From the NCBI RefSeq assembly GCF_009914755.1, contig NC_060930.1: DNA of 64,000 bases. One strand, written 5' to 3'. The stretch is from the human T2T-CHM13v2.0 reference genome, Homo sapiens. Within the stretch, counting starts at the first letter, position 1, and each line of letters opens with the position of its first letter. A program made the translations under genes and the position numbers. Below are positions 1 to 15,672 of this stretch, one piece after another. Under the pieces are notes generated by a model, which had not been told where the DNA came from, ran no database searches, and saw nothing but the letters and a program-made list of their open reading frames with translations.

Positions 1-429
1 ATTTAAAATACTTTTAAAAGCTTCAAAAATCATACAAGACAGTGACAAATTACCTGGCCAATGTTCAAAGAGAAGGTGAGAATCCAGAGAGAAGCCCAGC
101 ATTCCGACCTGCTTTTGCATTGAGGGAAACTGTCGATTTGGAAATGATACCCGAAAAACTGAGATGTAAAGGAGCCTGTCCAACTCAGGGAGGGTTAATC
201 TTGCTCTCCCCAACTAATAATATGAGAACCAAAATGTCAATATACCCCAAAAAGTGCCCCCGCAAGTTAAAGCAGTCCTAAGGGGGTTTTGCGTGAAATC
301 TCAAGGCTTGAACTTTGATTAAGCTAGTTCGAGATTGTTTATACCAATCGAAGTAACTTAAAGTCTACTCAGAAAGAAGATCTGTCATCCTCGGCCTCAG
401 ATTATTAGTAAAAATGATTATTCAATTGT

Positions 430-680
430 AATGATCTAGCACTTATGGAAGCAACACCCTGTGATAGAGAATCATCATAAACAAAATGTAACAACAATAA
501 TTATAACAACTTTGGATATTGCAATTATCAGCACAGATCAGAAAGCATCTATTTGTACTATGTGCAGATAAATATTATGTAAACTTTCCAAAGCAGAAAA
601 TTGGTAACCATAAAATGTTACAGAGCGGATTAAAGAAAAACTAGAATTTTTAGTTTGAAATGAAAATTATTATGTGAAAA
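430..680 (+). mobile_element. Ancient L1M ORF1-region fragment
   Basis: A-rich, with degenerate L1M ORF1 motifs (ggatattgcaattatcagcacaga; aagaaaaactagaatttttagtttgaaa). Confidence 0.5.
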
Positions 681-784
681 GAGACCCTGAATATTCTACT
701 GAATGGAAGCAGATTGATGAAACTGTTGAGCTACAAACACATACTACCTTTCAAGTAAGAGAAAGGGAGACTCAAGGGGTAAAA
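530..784 (+). repeat. Source copy of a local inverted duplication (partner 2744-3011)
   Basis: Hand alignment to the reverse complement of 2744-3011 gives about 15 substitutions and two indels (6 and 7 bp). Confidence 0.95.
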
Positions 785-1186
785 AGGAAAATCCAGAGGG
801 TGGAACCATGAATGTGGACAGTAGAGCTGAGAGCCACAGAGGATTAATCCCAGAGACCTAAAAGAGGTTGATAAATGGATTTCAGAACTACCTTGGGCTG
901 GTGACTTCTTTTCACTTTCCACATACCTTCCTTTTGAATGAAATGTCCATAATTATTATTCTATGCCTGTCTTGCCATTGCATTGGGAAAATATTGATAA
1001 CAGATAACTTTTGCTTTAGCTTTTCAGGTCTACAGATGAATCCGCATCATAGCCCACAATGAATGAGACTGATGAACCTCTTTAACACCTCATTTAGATG
1101 AGATTTAGTACTTTTAAACGAATGACATTTAGATGAGATTTTGGACTTTCAGCTGATGTTGTAATGGGATGAGACTTTGGTGGACT
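690..1186 (+). mobile_element. MaLR (MLT1) internal sequence, 3' part, continuing at about 2276-2344
   Basis: ttagatgagattttggactt...ttttgggggaccaggg..ggactg is typical of the MaLR-int end just upstream of an MLT1 LTR; interrupted by the MLT2 LTR. Confidence 0.5.
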
Positions 1187-1227
1187 GTTATCAATTAGGA
1201 TTTCACCAGAACAAACCAGTAGGAGAC

Positions 1228-1369
1228 TGTGTGTGTGTGTCTGTGTGTGTGTGTCTGTGTGTGTAATAATATGTATTATATGTATGTAAATATATGTAAT
1301 ACATATGTCATATATGTAATTGATAGTAGGTAGGTAGATAGCTAGCTAGCTAGATACATACATACATAC

Positions 1370-1436
<67 letters not shown>
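1228..1436. repeat. Compound microsatellite: (TG)n, TA-rich tract, then [TAGG]2 TAGA [TAGC]3 TAGA [TACA]4 [TAGA]9 [CAGA]7
   Basis: Read directly from the sequence; the in-register tetramer array spans 1327-1434. Confidence 0.97.
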
Positions 1437-1943
1437 TGTTGGGAACAGGCCCCCCAAAATCTGGCCATAAACTGGCCCCAAAACTGGCCATAAACAAAAT
1501 CTCTGCAGCACTGTGACATGTTTGTGATGGCCACGATGCCCACGCTGGAAGGTTGTGGGTTTACCAGAATGAGGGCAAGGAACACCTGGCCCACTCAGGG
1601 CAGAAAACCACTTAAAGGTGTTCTTAAACCACAAACAATAGCATGAACGATCTGTGCCTTAAGGACATGCTCCTGCTGCAGATAACTAGCCAAACCCATC
1701 CCTTTACTTCAGCCCATCCCTTTATTTCCTGTAAGGAATACTTTTAGTTAATCTATAATCTATGGAAACAATGCTTATCACTGGCTTGCTGTCAATAAAT
1801 ATGTGGTTAAATCTCTGTTCATGGCTCTCAGCTCTAAAGGCTGTGAGACCCCTGATTTCCCACTCCACACCTCTATATTTTTGTGTGTGTGTCTTTAATT
1901 CCTCTAGTGCTGCTGGGTCTCCATGACCAAGCTGGTCTCGGCA
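1437..1943 (+). mobile_element. MER9 solo LTR (HERV-K HML-3)
   Basis: Starts TGTTGGGAACAGGCCCCCCAAAATCTGGCCATAAACTGGCCCC and ends CTGGTCTCGGCA; TG...CA termini; AATAAA at about 1794; flanking (c/t)agaca TSD. Confidence 0.92.
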
Positions 1944-2530
1944 TAGACAGATTTCTTGCAATTTACAGTTGTGGGGATTAACTAGGCAAGTCCAAAATCC
2001 ATAGAGGAAGTGATCAGAAAAGACAGGCTGGAAAGGCTGAGGATGCCATTCACAGATGGAATTTCTTCTTCCTGGTTCTGCTCTCAAGACCTTTAAACTG
2101 ATTGAATCAGGCCCACCCAGATTATTAAGGGTGATCTCTTTTAGAGAAAGTCAATTGGTTGTAGATATTAATCACATCATCTACTAAATACGTTCAACAG
2201 CAACACCTAGATTCGTGTTTGCTTCATAACTGTGGACCATAGCTTAGTTACATTGACACATATAAGTGACTATCAGAAGGACTTGGAAAGGGTGAGTGTA
2301 GTTTGCATTTGGGTGGTATGTGACTTTTGGGGGACCAGGGAATGGACTGAAATATAAAGATGACTCACAAGGATTCCATCCTCTGGTTATTTAATCAAAC
2401 ACAAATTTAAGTGTTGGTATGAAAAGATTTTGCAGATATAATTAAAGTCCCAAAGCATTTGACCTTCAGATAAGGAGATTATCCAGGTAGACCTGACCCA
2501 ACCATTTAAACCCTTTAAAACTATAGTTTG

Positions 2531-2720
2531 AGCTGGGTGTAATGGCACATGCCTGTTAGTCCCAGCTTCTTGGGAGTCTGAGATGGGAGGATGGTTTGAG
2601 CCTGGGAATTTGAGGCTGCAGTGTACCACAGTCACTCCCGTAACTAGCCACTTTACTTCAGCATGGGCAACATAGAGAGAACCCATCTCTAAAAATAAAT
2701 TAATTAAATAAACAATAAAT
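2531..2720 (+). mobile_element. Fossil Alu monomer (FAM-like)
   Basis: Single monomer with the FAM-type segment (gtaactagccactttacttcagcatgggcaacatag) and a degenerate A tail. Confidence 0.75.
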
Positions 2721-2743
2721 TGGAGAGTTTTCTGCTCTCCACA

Positions 2744-3011
2744 TTTTACCCCTTAAGTCTCCCTTTCTCTTACCTAAAAGGTAGTATGTGTTTATAGCTC
2801 AATAGTTTTGTCAATCTGCTTTCTTTCGGTAGAATATTCAGGGTCTGAAGCCTCTTTTCACATAATAATTTTCATTTCAAACTAGAAATTCTAGTTTTTC
2901 TTTAATCAGCTCTGTAACAGTTTATGGTTACCAATTTTCTGCTATAATTTTGGAAAGTTTACAAAATATTTATCTGCACATAGTACAAATAGATGCTTTA
3001 TGATCTGTGCT
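2744..3011 (-). repeat. Inverted copy of 530-784 inserted in the MLT1 LTR
   Basis: Reverse complement matches 530-784 at roughly 94% (hand count, excluding indels). Confidence 0.95.
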
Positions 3012-4049
3012 TCTAACAGAATGAGGAAGTCAGAAAGGTTTGAAGCATGAGAAGATTTCAACACACCATTGCTGGCTTTGAGGGAGGACAGCCTCTAGAG
3101 ACCTAGCAAAGTCTCTAGCTGACAGAAAGCAAGGAAACATCAACCACAGTCCTACAATCACAAGAGACTGAATTCTGCTGGTAATTTCTAAAAGCTTGGC
3201 AGCAGATTCTTCCCTAGAGCCTCCAGATAAGGCCCTGAATGGTCAATGCCTCAATTTCAGTAGAGAACACAATTGAACTTGCCTTAACTTTTGACTTACG
3301 GAACTGTGATATTATGTAATACATGGGTATTGTTTTAAGCTGCTGAGTCTGTGGTAATTTGTTACACAGCAATAGAACACCAATACACATGGAACGTAGC
3401 ACGAAGCCAGGAACCCAAGTGAATGCTGAGAGACCAGAAGGGATTGTGTCACTTAAGGAATTCTATGATCTCTGGAAAAATATGGGAGGATTTATTGGAA
3501 AAAGCCTTAAAAGAACTCCACCATTGAAAAGCCAGTATTTGAATATTTGCCACGCCCCAGTTGAGTGGAGAAAAAGTAGCATAGAGGGTTAGCAGAATTC
3601 ACAAGTCAGATTTGAGTAGTAGTAGAAGTTTCCAATAAGATGAGAGACTGAAGTTCAGATTACATGTCATTTGGATGTCTTAAGGTTTAAAATAGCTGTT
3701 GCAGTGCCTAAAAGTTGCTAGATAAGCTAGCGGCTATACCTGAGACATAAACCAGAGACTGGGAAAGGAAACCTGACAGAATGAAGTGGACAGACAGGTT
3801 TGTGAGAAATATAAAACTTTTTAATGAATTTACTGTGCGATGTCACCTCCATTAAACAGTAATAGTAACTGTTGGGGTGGGAAAGGGGAGATTTCAAAAT
3901 ACGTGGAACTAAAATCCCGTAACTCCAGGTACTACAGAAATTCCTAGTTTCCCCAGATCTTGTCCACTACTGTATAAATATTCTCTTCATTAAAATATCC
4001 TCAATAACTCAGCTTTAGTGGACCATCTATTTCCAGCCAGGATTCTAAT

Positions 4050-4385
4050 TGATATGCTCACAGAATAAATCAAGCGTAGCAATAACTATCATTAGAAGAA
4101 AATAATCTTTAAGACAAAAGCACTATTATAGACATAGAGAATGATATGTAACAAATTTAACAGCTCATCAGAAAAAAATAAAAACAAACACCTTTTATGT
4201 TCCAAGAAACATCTTGATAAAATATACGAAGCCAAAATTGAAAGAAATATAAAGATAAAATTAAAAATCCAAAATAATGAAGCATTTTAAGAACTTCTCT
4301 CATTATCAGAGATCTAATAGAAAATAATTAGTACAAGTAGATTAAAACAGCATAACTAGCGAGTTCCATCTAACATATATTAGTA
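4050..4385 (+). mobile_element. Ancient L1M ORF2 (endonuclease-region) fragment
   Basis: A-rich, with degenerate motifs (ctttaagacaaaagcactattatagacatagaga; aaaatatacgaagccaaaattga). Confidence 0.55.
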
Positions 4386-4539
4386 CCCAGGGCCAACTAT
4401 GTAAAAAGTTCATGTTATCTTAATATATTGTTATGAGATATTTTGGACATCTTAAAATGTATAGGGAACATTAAACTATAGGCATATACCTAGCTAGCAT
4501 ATTTTGGAAGATGCTTCTCCATTATCAGTTCTGTTTCAG

Positions 4540-4850
4540 CTTGTCTTGTGGCAGCTTTTATCTCAGATCAAACGAACAGCCTTGGAAGGTAGAGAAGGCC
4601 TCTTCCTCTGAAGTGGAGAGCAGGTTCATTTGATATCCAGTATAATAAGAGAATGACTTTATTATGAAACATAGGTTGGTTTACTAGCAGCTCACTTCTA
4701 AGACTGGAGTCTCTTAAGCTTGCAGTTCCTCCAAAGTGACACAAACCCACTGTGTGTGGAGCACCCGCCTGGGTCTGCCTCCACATCATCCCCATGGGAC
4801 TCGGGGGCCAATGGGAACTGAAGTAAACATTTACATCTAGGGGTAAAAAC
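4540..4850 (+). mobile_element. ERVL-class LTR fragment (LTR40-like)
   Basis: gacacaaacccactgtgtgtggagcaccc...atgggactcggggg; similar to the LTR at about 41.3-41.6 kb. Confidence 0.45.
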
Positions 4851-4929
4851 AGCTTTCTAATCTTGCTAGCCCCTGACTACCTCAATATCTCTCCTTGGTT
4901 GCTCCCTTACTCCTGCCAACATATCTGAA

Positions 4930-5135
4930 AATTGGATTTAAGTTTTCACTCTCAGCAAGATGAGAACCCACCAAAGGATTTTGAGCAAAGAAGTAACACA
5001 ATCTGACGTGTTTTAAAAGGAGTCCTCTGGCTACTCTGTTGTGAATGGAGAGACAAGATGAAGCCATAGGTGCACCAGTTAAGAGGATGTTACTTTAATA
5101 TGCAGACAAGTAAGGATGGTGGCTGAGATCATATG
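4930..5135 (-). mobile_element. L2 fragment
   Basis: ttttgagcaaagaagtaacacaatctgacgtgttttaaaaggagtcctctggctactctg matches the reverse L2 3' region. Confidence 0.75.
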
Positions 5136-5544
5136 GTCAAAAAGTTGCAGAGGCAGAATTGGAAGCTTCCTGTTTTCTGGAGTTCTTATTTGCATGTATT
5201 ATTTGTGGATCCTGGTGGGCTGCAGCCCGACAGGAGGCAGATATTCCCTGCCCCACCTCTGACAGCCACGACACAACCATATGGCCAACATTTGGCCAAC
5301 TGAATGTTCCTACCCAGGCCCTGAATCTGAGGCCTGGGACAAAGAGAGGACTGATAGCTGAGGACCCATCCCAGGGACACACGGCAGCAGGAGCAGCAGC
5401 AGAGCAGCCGGGGCTCACCTAGGCAGTGATGGTACCCAGCATCAGTGTCATGCAGCAATGGGAACAGTCTCTCTTGCACTTATCAGCTGCTAACCTCGGA
5501 GCACACTGATTTTTATCCATTTAAATTAAATGAGGCAGTCTGTC

Positions 5545-5810
5545 TTTTCTGTGTGAAGAGGTGATTTTGGAATTGGACATACCTAAGATCACATTTCACC
5601 TCCTCCACTTCTAGGGATGTGGTCTTGGAAAAATTGCTACTTTTTGAAGTCTTGAAGTCTCAATTTCTTTACCTGCCCCCCCGCCCCAAAAGTCATTGAA
5701 ATCTGTTGTGAAGATGACAGGAAATAAAGGGTAACCAGAACATGAGTTCCACAGTAACTGGAACATGAGAGGTAGAGCCAGAAGGTAGGTACTACTATTG
5801 TTCTTGTTAC
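5545..5810 (+). mobile_element. MIR SINE
   Basis: MIR core (tgtggtcttggaaaaattgct...tctcaatttctttacctg) and tail. Confidence 0.6.
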
Positions 5811-7449
5811 TGCCATTTAAAAATAAGTTTGCCAAGAGTGACTGTGACTTTGCAAGAAACATACTTAAGGACAGTCTTTACATAACTTTCTTCTTTACTA
5901 TTGATTTTTAATGTTTTAATTTTAGAGGTCAAAGATTTCCTTAAGCGTCATGTGATCATTTTTTCCTGTCTTGGATAGACTGAAAACAACAACAACAACA
6001 AAAACTTCAGAGACTTGAGCTTTTTGGGGTCCTAGTGATGTGACATGTTATCTTGGCTGTCTCCTTCTATGGCTTATTGTCCTAATGTCTCATGAGCTCA
6101 TAGGACATCAATCTTATTTTGCTCAGATTGTCTTATAACATGTGAACCAGATTCTTCTCAAATAAATAAGGTTCTCAAACTTACAAAAGTTGAACTTGTG
6201 GCCCACTGTTCTGGCACCTCCCATTGAGAAAGATTTCAAACAAGAGTAAACACAGACAATCTGAACTGGTGCCATTTCATTTCAGTGCTTTCAAATCTAT
6301 TTTAATCAAATCTTGCAAAAGGATGCCTCATAAAACTTGTCTTAATTACTAATGTCCTATGAATCACAAAATGGAAAATAAAGTGCTGTTGTTTTCATGA
6401 GTATTTCATTGGTAATAGGCTGTAGTCTACAGTGTCTCCATTTTGGCATTCAAGAATACTGTGTTAGTAAGTTTTCTGCGATTGTTGTGTCTCAAAAGTT
6501 AGGCTTAGAAGAGCTTAATTGAAAAACTCCAATGAGCTGAATGAATCATGCCAAAGACTTTTTAAGATTCAACAAAGTCAACTTCAAAATCATCTAAAGT
6601 TACATTTAACAGGATGTATTCTGTGTTTGTGCACTCTAAGTTAAAAATTAATTGATCATCATTCACACTAATGGGTTAAAATTCATGTGACTAGCCATAC
6701 GATACTCTTTTTAAATACAAAGTAGATTAGTAAATGGAATTGTAGTTTTAATTTTGCGATGACATGGAGTTTGTTTGAAACAAACACAAATAATTTTAAA
6801 ATGTGATAGATCATGGAGATATTTGCCAATTCAAAAAGAGACATATTTCACCAGAATATATGTATGAAGTCATTGGTTGAGGGTGAAGAATGGAGGAGTA
6901 CACTTGCACTTGAGTGCCTATCTGGCCTCTTTCTAAGTACGCTGTATTCCTCTTGAAGCATTTATGAGATCCACCAGGAAACAAAGAAATATAATTCTGG
7001 TTAGCTTATTTAGTTTTTGACAGCCTTAAGAACTTTATTTGAAATTTCCATCATGGAACACCCATTATTTGATTAGGAATGCATTAGCTGAGCAAACATT
7101 TCTGTAAAAATAAATATAAATCTGATTATATTGGTGGGTTTAAAAAAGCACTCAAATTCTTAGACTAAAACCTAATGTTTGGTTTGCTTTTTGTTTCTTT
7201 TTCTAGTATCAGCCCCCTAAGAACACTTGACTTGTATCTAAGATTTGTTTTGAGGGAGAAATTTCAAGTCAATTCAGAAACCTCATAAATACCTCAGTGG
7301 AACAAGATATTTAATATTATCCACAGAATTTTATTTTTCCTTTATAAAGAAAAATAAATTTGTTTTCCTACTACCTGAAGGATATACTCTAGACATTTTT
7401 TAAAAGCGATGATGGATTTATACTGATCCAGAGGCATTTGATCATTTAT

Positions 7450-8250
7450 ATTTTTATCCATTAAAATGTTATTTTTTTTCCAGAATGTTCACCAGTATAT
7501 TATATGCTGATGGAACAAAGAATAAAACACAGAACTTTCCCTGAAGAATTGTGAAAGTCTTGAGGACAAAAAATGTTGAAACAAAAGAAAAAGAAACAGA
7601 AAAACTCTTAAGATTTGTTATGATAGATACAAAATTCTATAGGAGCACAGAGGGAAAACAATGATTATTCTTGTCTGAGTGTGGGGATAGAAAGTGTTAC
7701 TTAGTGTGAGTTTTGAATGATGAGTAAATTTTACCAGAATCTTAGCCAGAAAAAAAATCACACAACAGAATATCATGCGTTTCAGAGAATTAAGCAGTTC
7801 ATTCTTGAGGTTTAAGAAGAGAAATAAAGTCACAGGGTAAAGTCTCAAGATCATGTTAAGAAACTTGAACATAACATTTTGGGCAATTGGGGTTACACTA
7901 AAGGATGTTAACCCCATTAGAATGGGTGGACCACAGAGATCAACTCAAAGAAGAAAGAGTTAAGGATGGGAGATTTTACTTCTGCAGGAAAGAAGTTATG
8001 AAGACTTGAACCAAAGCAATGGCCCTGAATTAGGAAACAGAAAGAGATTAGAATAGTATTTTAGACAATGCATTGAATTAAATTTGTTGATCAGATATTA
8101 TATAGGCAATGTCATCAAATAGAATAAATTCAGGATTTCCAAATATTCTTGCTGGGAAATTGAATAAATGAATGGCATAGGTCTGAAATAACAAATACTG
8201 GTAGTTGGCTTTGAATGAAGGAATCCTCTTTAAAATACATCTTCACTGAA
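7450..8250 (-). mobile_element. Degenerate L2 fragments
   Basis: Purine-rich, reverse L2-like motifs. Confidence 0.45.
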
Positions 8251-9429
8251 GAGCTTCCCTGAATGGTTAATTCAGTTATGAGGAAAAAGAAGATAACATG
8301 AGAACTTTTTTTTTACAATGAGAAAGATGAAAATATTTTTTTCAAAAAAGGAAAAATAGAATTGCACGAAGTCAATCAGGAAAATCAGTCAAGAGAACTT
8401 GCAGTTTATCATGACAGTTAAAAACTGTCTTTCCCTAACATCCACTAAAATATATCAAAATATAATGTCCTATTAAAAGAAAAGATTTATATACCCCTGA
8501 GGCATATAAAAATCAAAAAGTAGCAAAGACTCTATAGAGAAAATACAGCAAAAATGTATATGCCTATGTATACCCAGTGCTTCTATTATCCCTGTAATTA
8601 ATGAAGAGGGGCAGAGAAGTGAAAAACTTCTTGGGAAAAATTGATACAATCAACCAGGACAGATTTCCCTAAGTAGGCAGAATAAAAGCCTTTAAGTTAG
8701 TCTCACTGTCTTTACATAAACCTAAATGCAGAGGTTGCATCGACAAGAAAAATATATGGCCATGATATCTACTTTCTAGGTTTGCCAGACATGGAATTTT
8801 ATCCATGAGCCAGTTCCTCAGTTTCTCTCCATTTATAAACCTTTCAAGGCAATACCTGCCATGAAAATAGCAGGATATAGAGGCACACAAGAGCTATACA
8901 GATCCTTATATCATGAGTTCCATAGGGAAAAGTTATAGATAAATGCAAAAACAGATAGAACACCAAATAGAGTGTGTGTTAGAGGCTTGTCCAATCTATT
9001 CAAAGCCTGTCATACTGCAAATCCCCATTCCAGAGGGGTTGCTGTCTATAATTTCTTGCTAAAAAAAAAGTGGCCCCAGAAGGCACTGAGAACATGATGT
9101 CATGACACCATCCCTGCCCTTCTGTATCAGTGGACTACGAATGTTCATCAATACAAAAGCAGCGGTGTTATCTGCTGCTGAGAAACCTGGAAAATAGACT
9201 TGTGTGAAAGTACTATCTGGAAAAAGAGAATAAAGATCATCTAAATCCATCATATTTTTATTTCCAGAAATTGGAACTCTGAGTCTCAGAGGCTATCTAC
9301 ATTCAACTGGTAGAAGACGTGAGAAGATGAAAAGAATTAGAGACAGAGGAGGGTGACTTAGTCATATAAATGGTGACGCATTGAAAACAAATAGCAACAA
9401 AGTATGTTTGTGGGGTTTAAACAAAAGAG

Positions 9430-9928
9430 CCTAATTCAAACAACATACCTTACTATCTCACAGTTTTTGTGGGTCAAGAGCCTGGCACTGTTTGTATAGT
9501 TCTCTCTGCCTCAGAGGCTCATGTGAGAATCGCAATCAAGGTGTCCAATGGAGTTGCAGCCTCATCTCAATGTTTGACTGGGGAAGGATTTACTTCCAAG
9601 ATCACACCCTTCTTGGCATAGTTCTCTTTCTTGCAGGCTGTTAGATCAAGGTCCCTAGCTTCTTGTTGCCTATTAGCTAGAGGTCAACCTCATTTTAGCC
9701 TCAGTTGTTAGTCTCAGTTTCTTCTCACATGGGCCTTTCCAACAGGGCTGCTTTCTTCATCAAAATCACAAAGCGAAAGTGACTGGATGATACAATCTTA
9801 TAATCCTATTCTATTGGTGAGAAGCAAGTCACAGGATCCACCAGCATTCAAGTGGAGAGAATTACGTAAGGGTTTGATTATCAGGGGGCAAGGATAATTG
9901 AAGGCCGTCTTTTACTATGTCCCCCACA
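9430..9928 (-). mobile_element. MLT1 (F/E-like) LTR
   Basis: tatctcacagtttttgtgggtcaagag, gcaatcaaggtgtc, ttctattggtgagaagcaagtcacagg; ends ccaca. Confidence 0.8.
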
Positions 9929-9939
9929 AACACAGTTAC

Positions 9940-12110
<2,171 letters not shown>

Positions 12111-12117
12111 CAAATGA

Positions 12118-12385
12118 TGTGATGATTAACGTTATGTATCAACTTGGATAGGCTATGATGGCCAGTAGTTTGGTCAAACACTAATCTAGATATTTCTGTG
12201 AAGGTATATTTTAGATGTAGTTAACATTTAAATCTTTGGATTTTAAGCAGATCTCTCTTCATAATGAAGGTGGGCCTCATCCAATCAGTTGAAGGCTTTA
12301 AGAGAAAAAATTGAGGTCTCTTTAAAAGGAAGGAATTCTGCTTCCACCCCTCCTTTGAAGTCAAGATATTAACTTCTTGCCAGCT
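12118..12385 (+). mobile_element. MLT2 LTR 5' part
   Basis: tgtgatgattaacgttatgtatcaacttgga...ggtgggcctcatccaatcagttgaaggc. Confidence 0.8.
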
Positions 12386-13480
12386 GATAAATAAGTCTGT
12401 TTATTGGGAGTACACTAACAGATGCAAATGAGTTATAAATACATTTTATAAATGACTTATAAATACATAAATGGCATGGTCTTCTGCTATAGAAACAACA
12501 CACAAAAGCCCAGGATAGAGAAATGGGAAGAATTGTTATCTATAATACGTATATATGAAATTACAAGCCTTTATATATTGAGTGTGATATGATTATCATA
12601 GGTAATTAGTAATTCTATAGTAATTGAGAAGGAGTTACTAAGAACAGGGTTATCATATAATTAATTGAGACTAAAAATTTGGACACAGAGAGGAGTGAGG
12701 AATGTAATTCTAGGTAAAACAAACAAACACATAAAAAAACTAGAGAAGTGCAAGCCTGGGAACAGGAAATCTTATTCCAAGGCCATTGTAACCTGTTGGC
12801 ATGCTGTAAAGAGAGTTTTCTGAAAGGAGCAGTGGGGCTAACAGTGAGGAGGTCAGGCAAGACCGAATGACTGGGGTCTTGAATCCAGGAGTTGTGTCTA
12901 GGCATGTGGAAATGAGAAGTTTCCAACATTTATAAATTGAAGTTGACTTAATGCAAGAATGCCAGGCTTTTTAACCAGGGGCAGGTGAGAACTCACTGAT
13001 TAGTGTAACTGGTGGACTGCTGTATTCTGTCATAACTGCCTTGTGCAAACTTTCACTAGGGCCTTGATGAAGGGTTAAAGGTCTATTATTCACTAGCTGC
13101 TGTATCAAAATCTAAAAGGGTTTTCCCTGTATTTTTTGGTGATAAAAGCTCATGGGAGTTGAATTCATCAGTGTACACGCTGAATGAACTAATGTGAGTC
13201 TCTTTATTGATTCTGCTTACTATGAAGATTCTAATTTTTGCTGAACAAATACTAATGAATCAGCTTATAGGGTGATACCCTAAATATCAGTGGAGTGTTG
13301 ACAATGCAGTTTGTTCTGCCATAATTTATGCTTCTTTAATATAAATTGACTCATATTCTATTGAAAATGGGAGAATTATGCCAATGTAACATAGAATTCC
13401 TTTTGGTTTAGTCTTTTCATAGCATGTTAGTATTTTGAAGCAGTTTGGGCAACTTTTCTCACAATTAAAGATAAGACCTG

Positions 13481-13930
<450 letters not shown>

Positions 13931-15130
13931 CTACAAGTGTAAACAAAAATTCTGCGAAGATAACTCCTCCTCTTATATTAAATAGCAGATAAATGAAGGC
14001 TACACCTTAAATCAAAGTGGTTTTTTTTTTAAATGGTCACTATTAAAAGTAAACATCCTTCATTACTTCTTTCCCTACAAAGCAAGAGCTCCATGATTTC
14101 ATTTTGTAAAGGATTGACTAACTGGGGCACTGCGTGTAAATGTCAGTAAAGATTGGCTATGCTACATTTTCATTAAAACTGCTTTTTGTTGCTTTTGTTG
14201 TTAATATTTTGATTACAAAATTCCAAAGGATTTGGGGGGTCTACCACAAACCTATTTTCCCCATAGGCCTTATTAAGTTTAGTGTACCAGCTTGTGGGAC
14301 ACAAGGTTTTCCAGTAACACACATATGGAATCATAGCAGGAACATCTATATATAGTATATAGAATATGATTATTCTCTTTCTAAAATCTAAAAGAATATG
14401 AACTTTAAAATTGTCGTGCTTCTAGGATATCTTATTAAAATTGTGCACATGCGAAAGACTTATGTACAAAATTTCCAGATGCCATGAAGTAGGGTAGAGA
14501 AGTGACTTCCTTTGATTATAAAATTGGGCTCTGACAACTTCCCTGCAGGCTTGAGGAATGAACTAGATCTAACAAGATGAAGTTCAATGGTAAGTACACA
14601 TAGTATTTTCTTAATTTGAGTAAGATGGGTCAACTGATGACTAGGTATTTAGTAATACACACGTGTTAAATATTTTACAAATTTATTGTTGGGAATTTTT
14701 AAGGACAGGCATAAAAACATAACTATCAGGATGAATCACCAGAACACACTTTATAATAGTGACAAATTAGAAATTGCGTATAGGAAACAATTGGGAATTT
14801 GGTAAATAAATTATGATACAACCATAAAATGGAACGCTCAGTAGCCATTAAAGGTGTTACAGAAGAGCAATTATTGACATGAAAACGTGTTAGGACATAT
14901 TGATAGGTGAACAACGTAGATGATAACATACAGTATTGACTTTATTTTTGTAAAACAACAACAAAAAGATCTGCAGAGATATATGCTAAAGTAACTGCTC
15001 ATCCCTGGGAAGGAAGTATGTCAGTGTTTATTTTGTACTTTGTTTACCTGGATTTCCCACTTTTTCTATAAATTACATAATTTGTTTCTGTAATAAGAAA
15101 ACATTGATCTACTACAATCCTTCATTTTGA

Positions 15131-15451
<321 letters not shown>

Positions 15452-15661
15452 AAAATCTTAGATTTTTTTAAGGAGCAGAAGTGATTTCCAAGTTGCCACA
15501 GAGCCAATAGTTTGTCCCCACAGGAAGCCGGTAAGAACCCTCCTAATCAAAGTCCATGGCAGATTTAGGGAAGAAAGGTGCTTCCTAGTCAGGGGGCCTC
15601 AGTTCAGCTCCTGTGTCCTGAGGCCAAGGCAGCCCATCTCCAGCCCAGTCCACCCTCTTCT

Positions 15662-15672
15662 TGCTGAGTCAC
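15662..15672 (-). promoter_or_regulatory. Perfect ARE/MARE motif (GTGACTCAGCA)
   Basis: tgctgagtcac in a non-repeat, moderately GC-rich stretch; motif match only. Confidence 0.3.

Larger units (their letters stand above)
1187..2275 (-). mobile_element. MLT2 (ERV-L) LTR interrupted by an STR and MER9
   Basis: Reverse-strand MLT2 motifs: accagaacaaaccagtagga, ctgattgaatcaggcccacccagatta, cagcaacacctagattcgtgtttg, ttgacacata. Confidence 0.75.
2345..3387 (+). mobile_element. MLT1 (MLT1E-like) MaLR LTR interrupted by a FAM and the inverted duplication
   Basis: ttgcagatataattaaagtccc, ggagattatcc, gattcttccctagagcctccaga; terminal tgtggtaatttgttacacagcaatagaacaccaataca. Confidence 0.8.
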
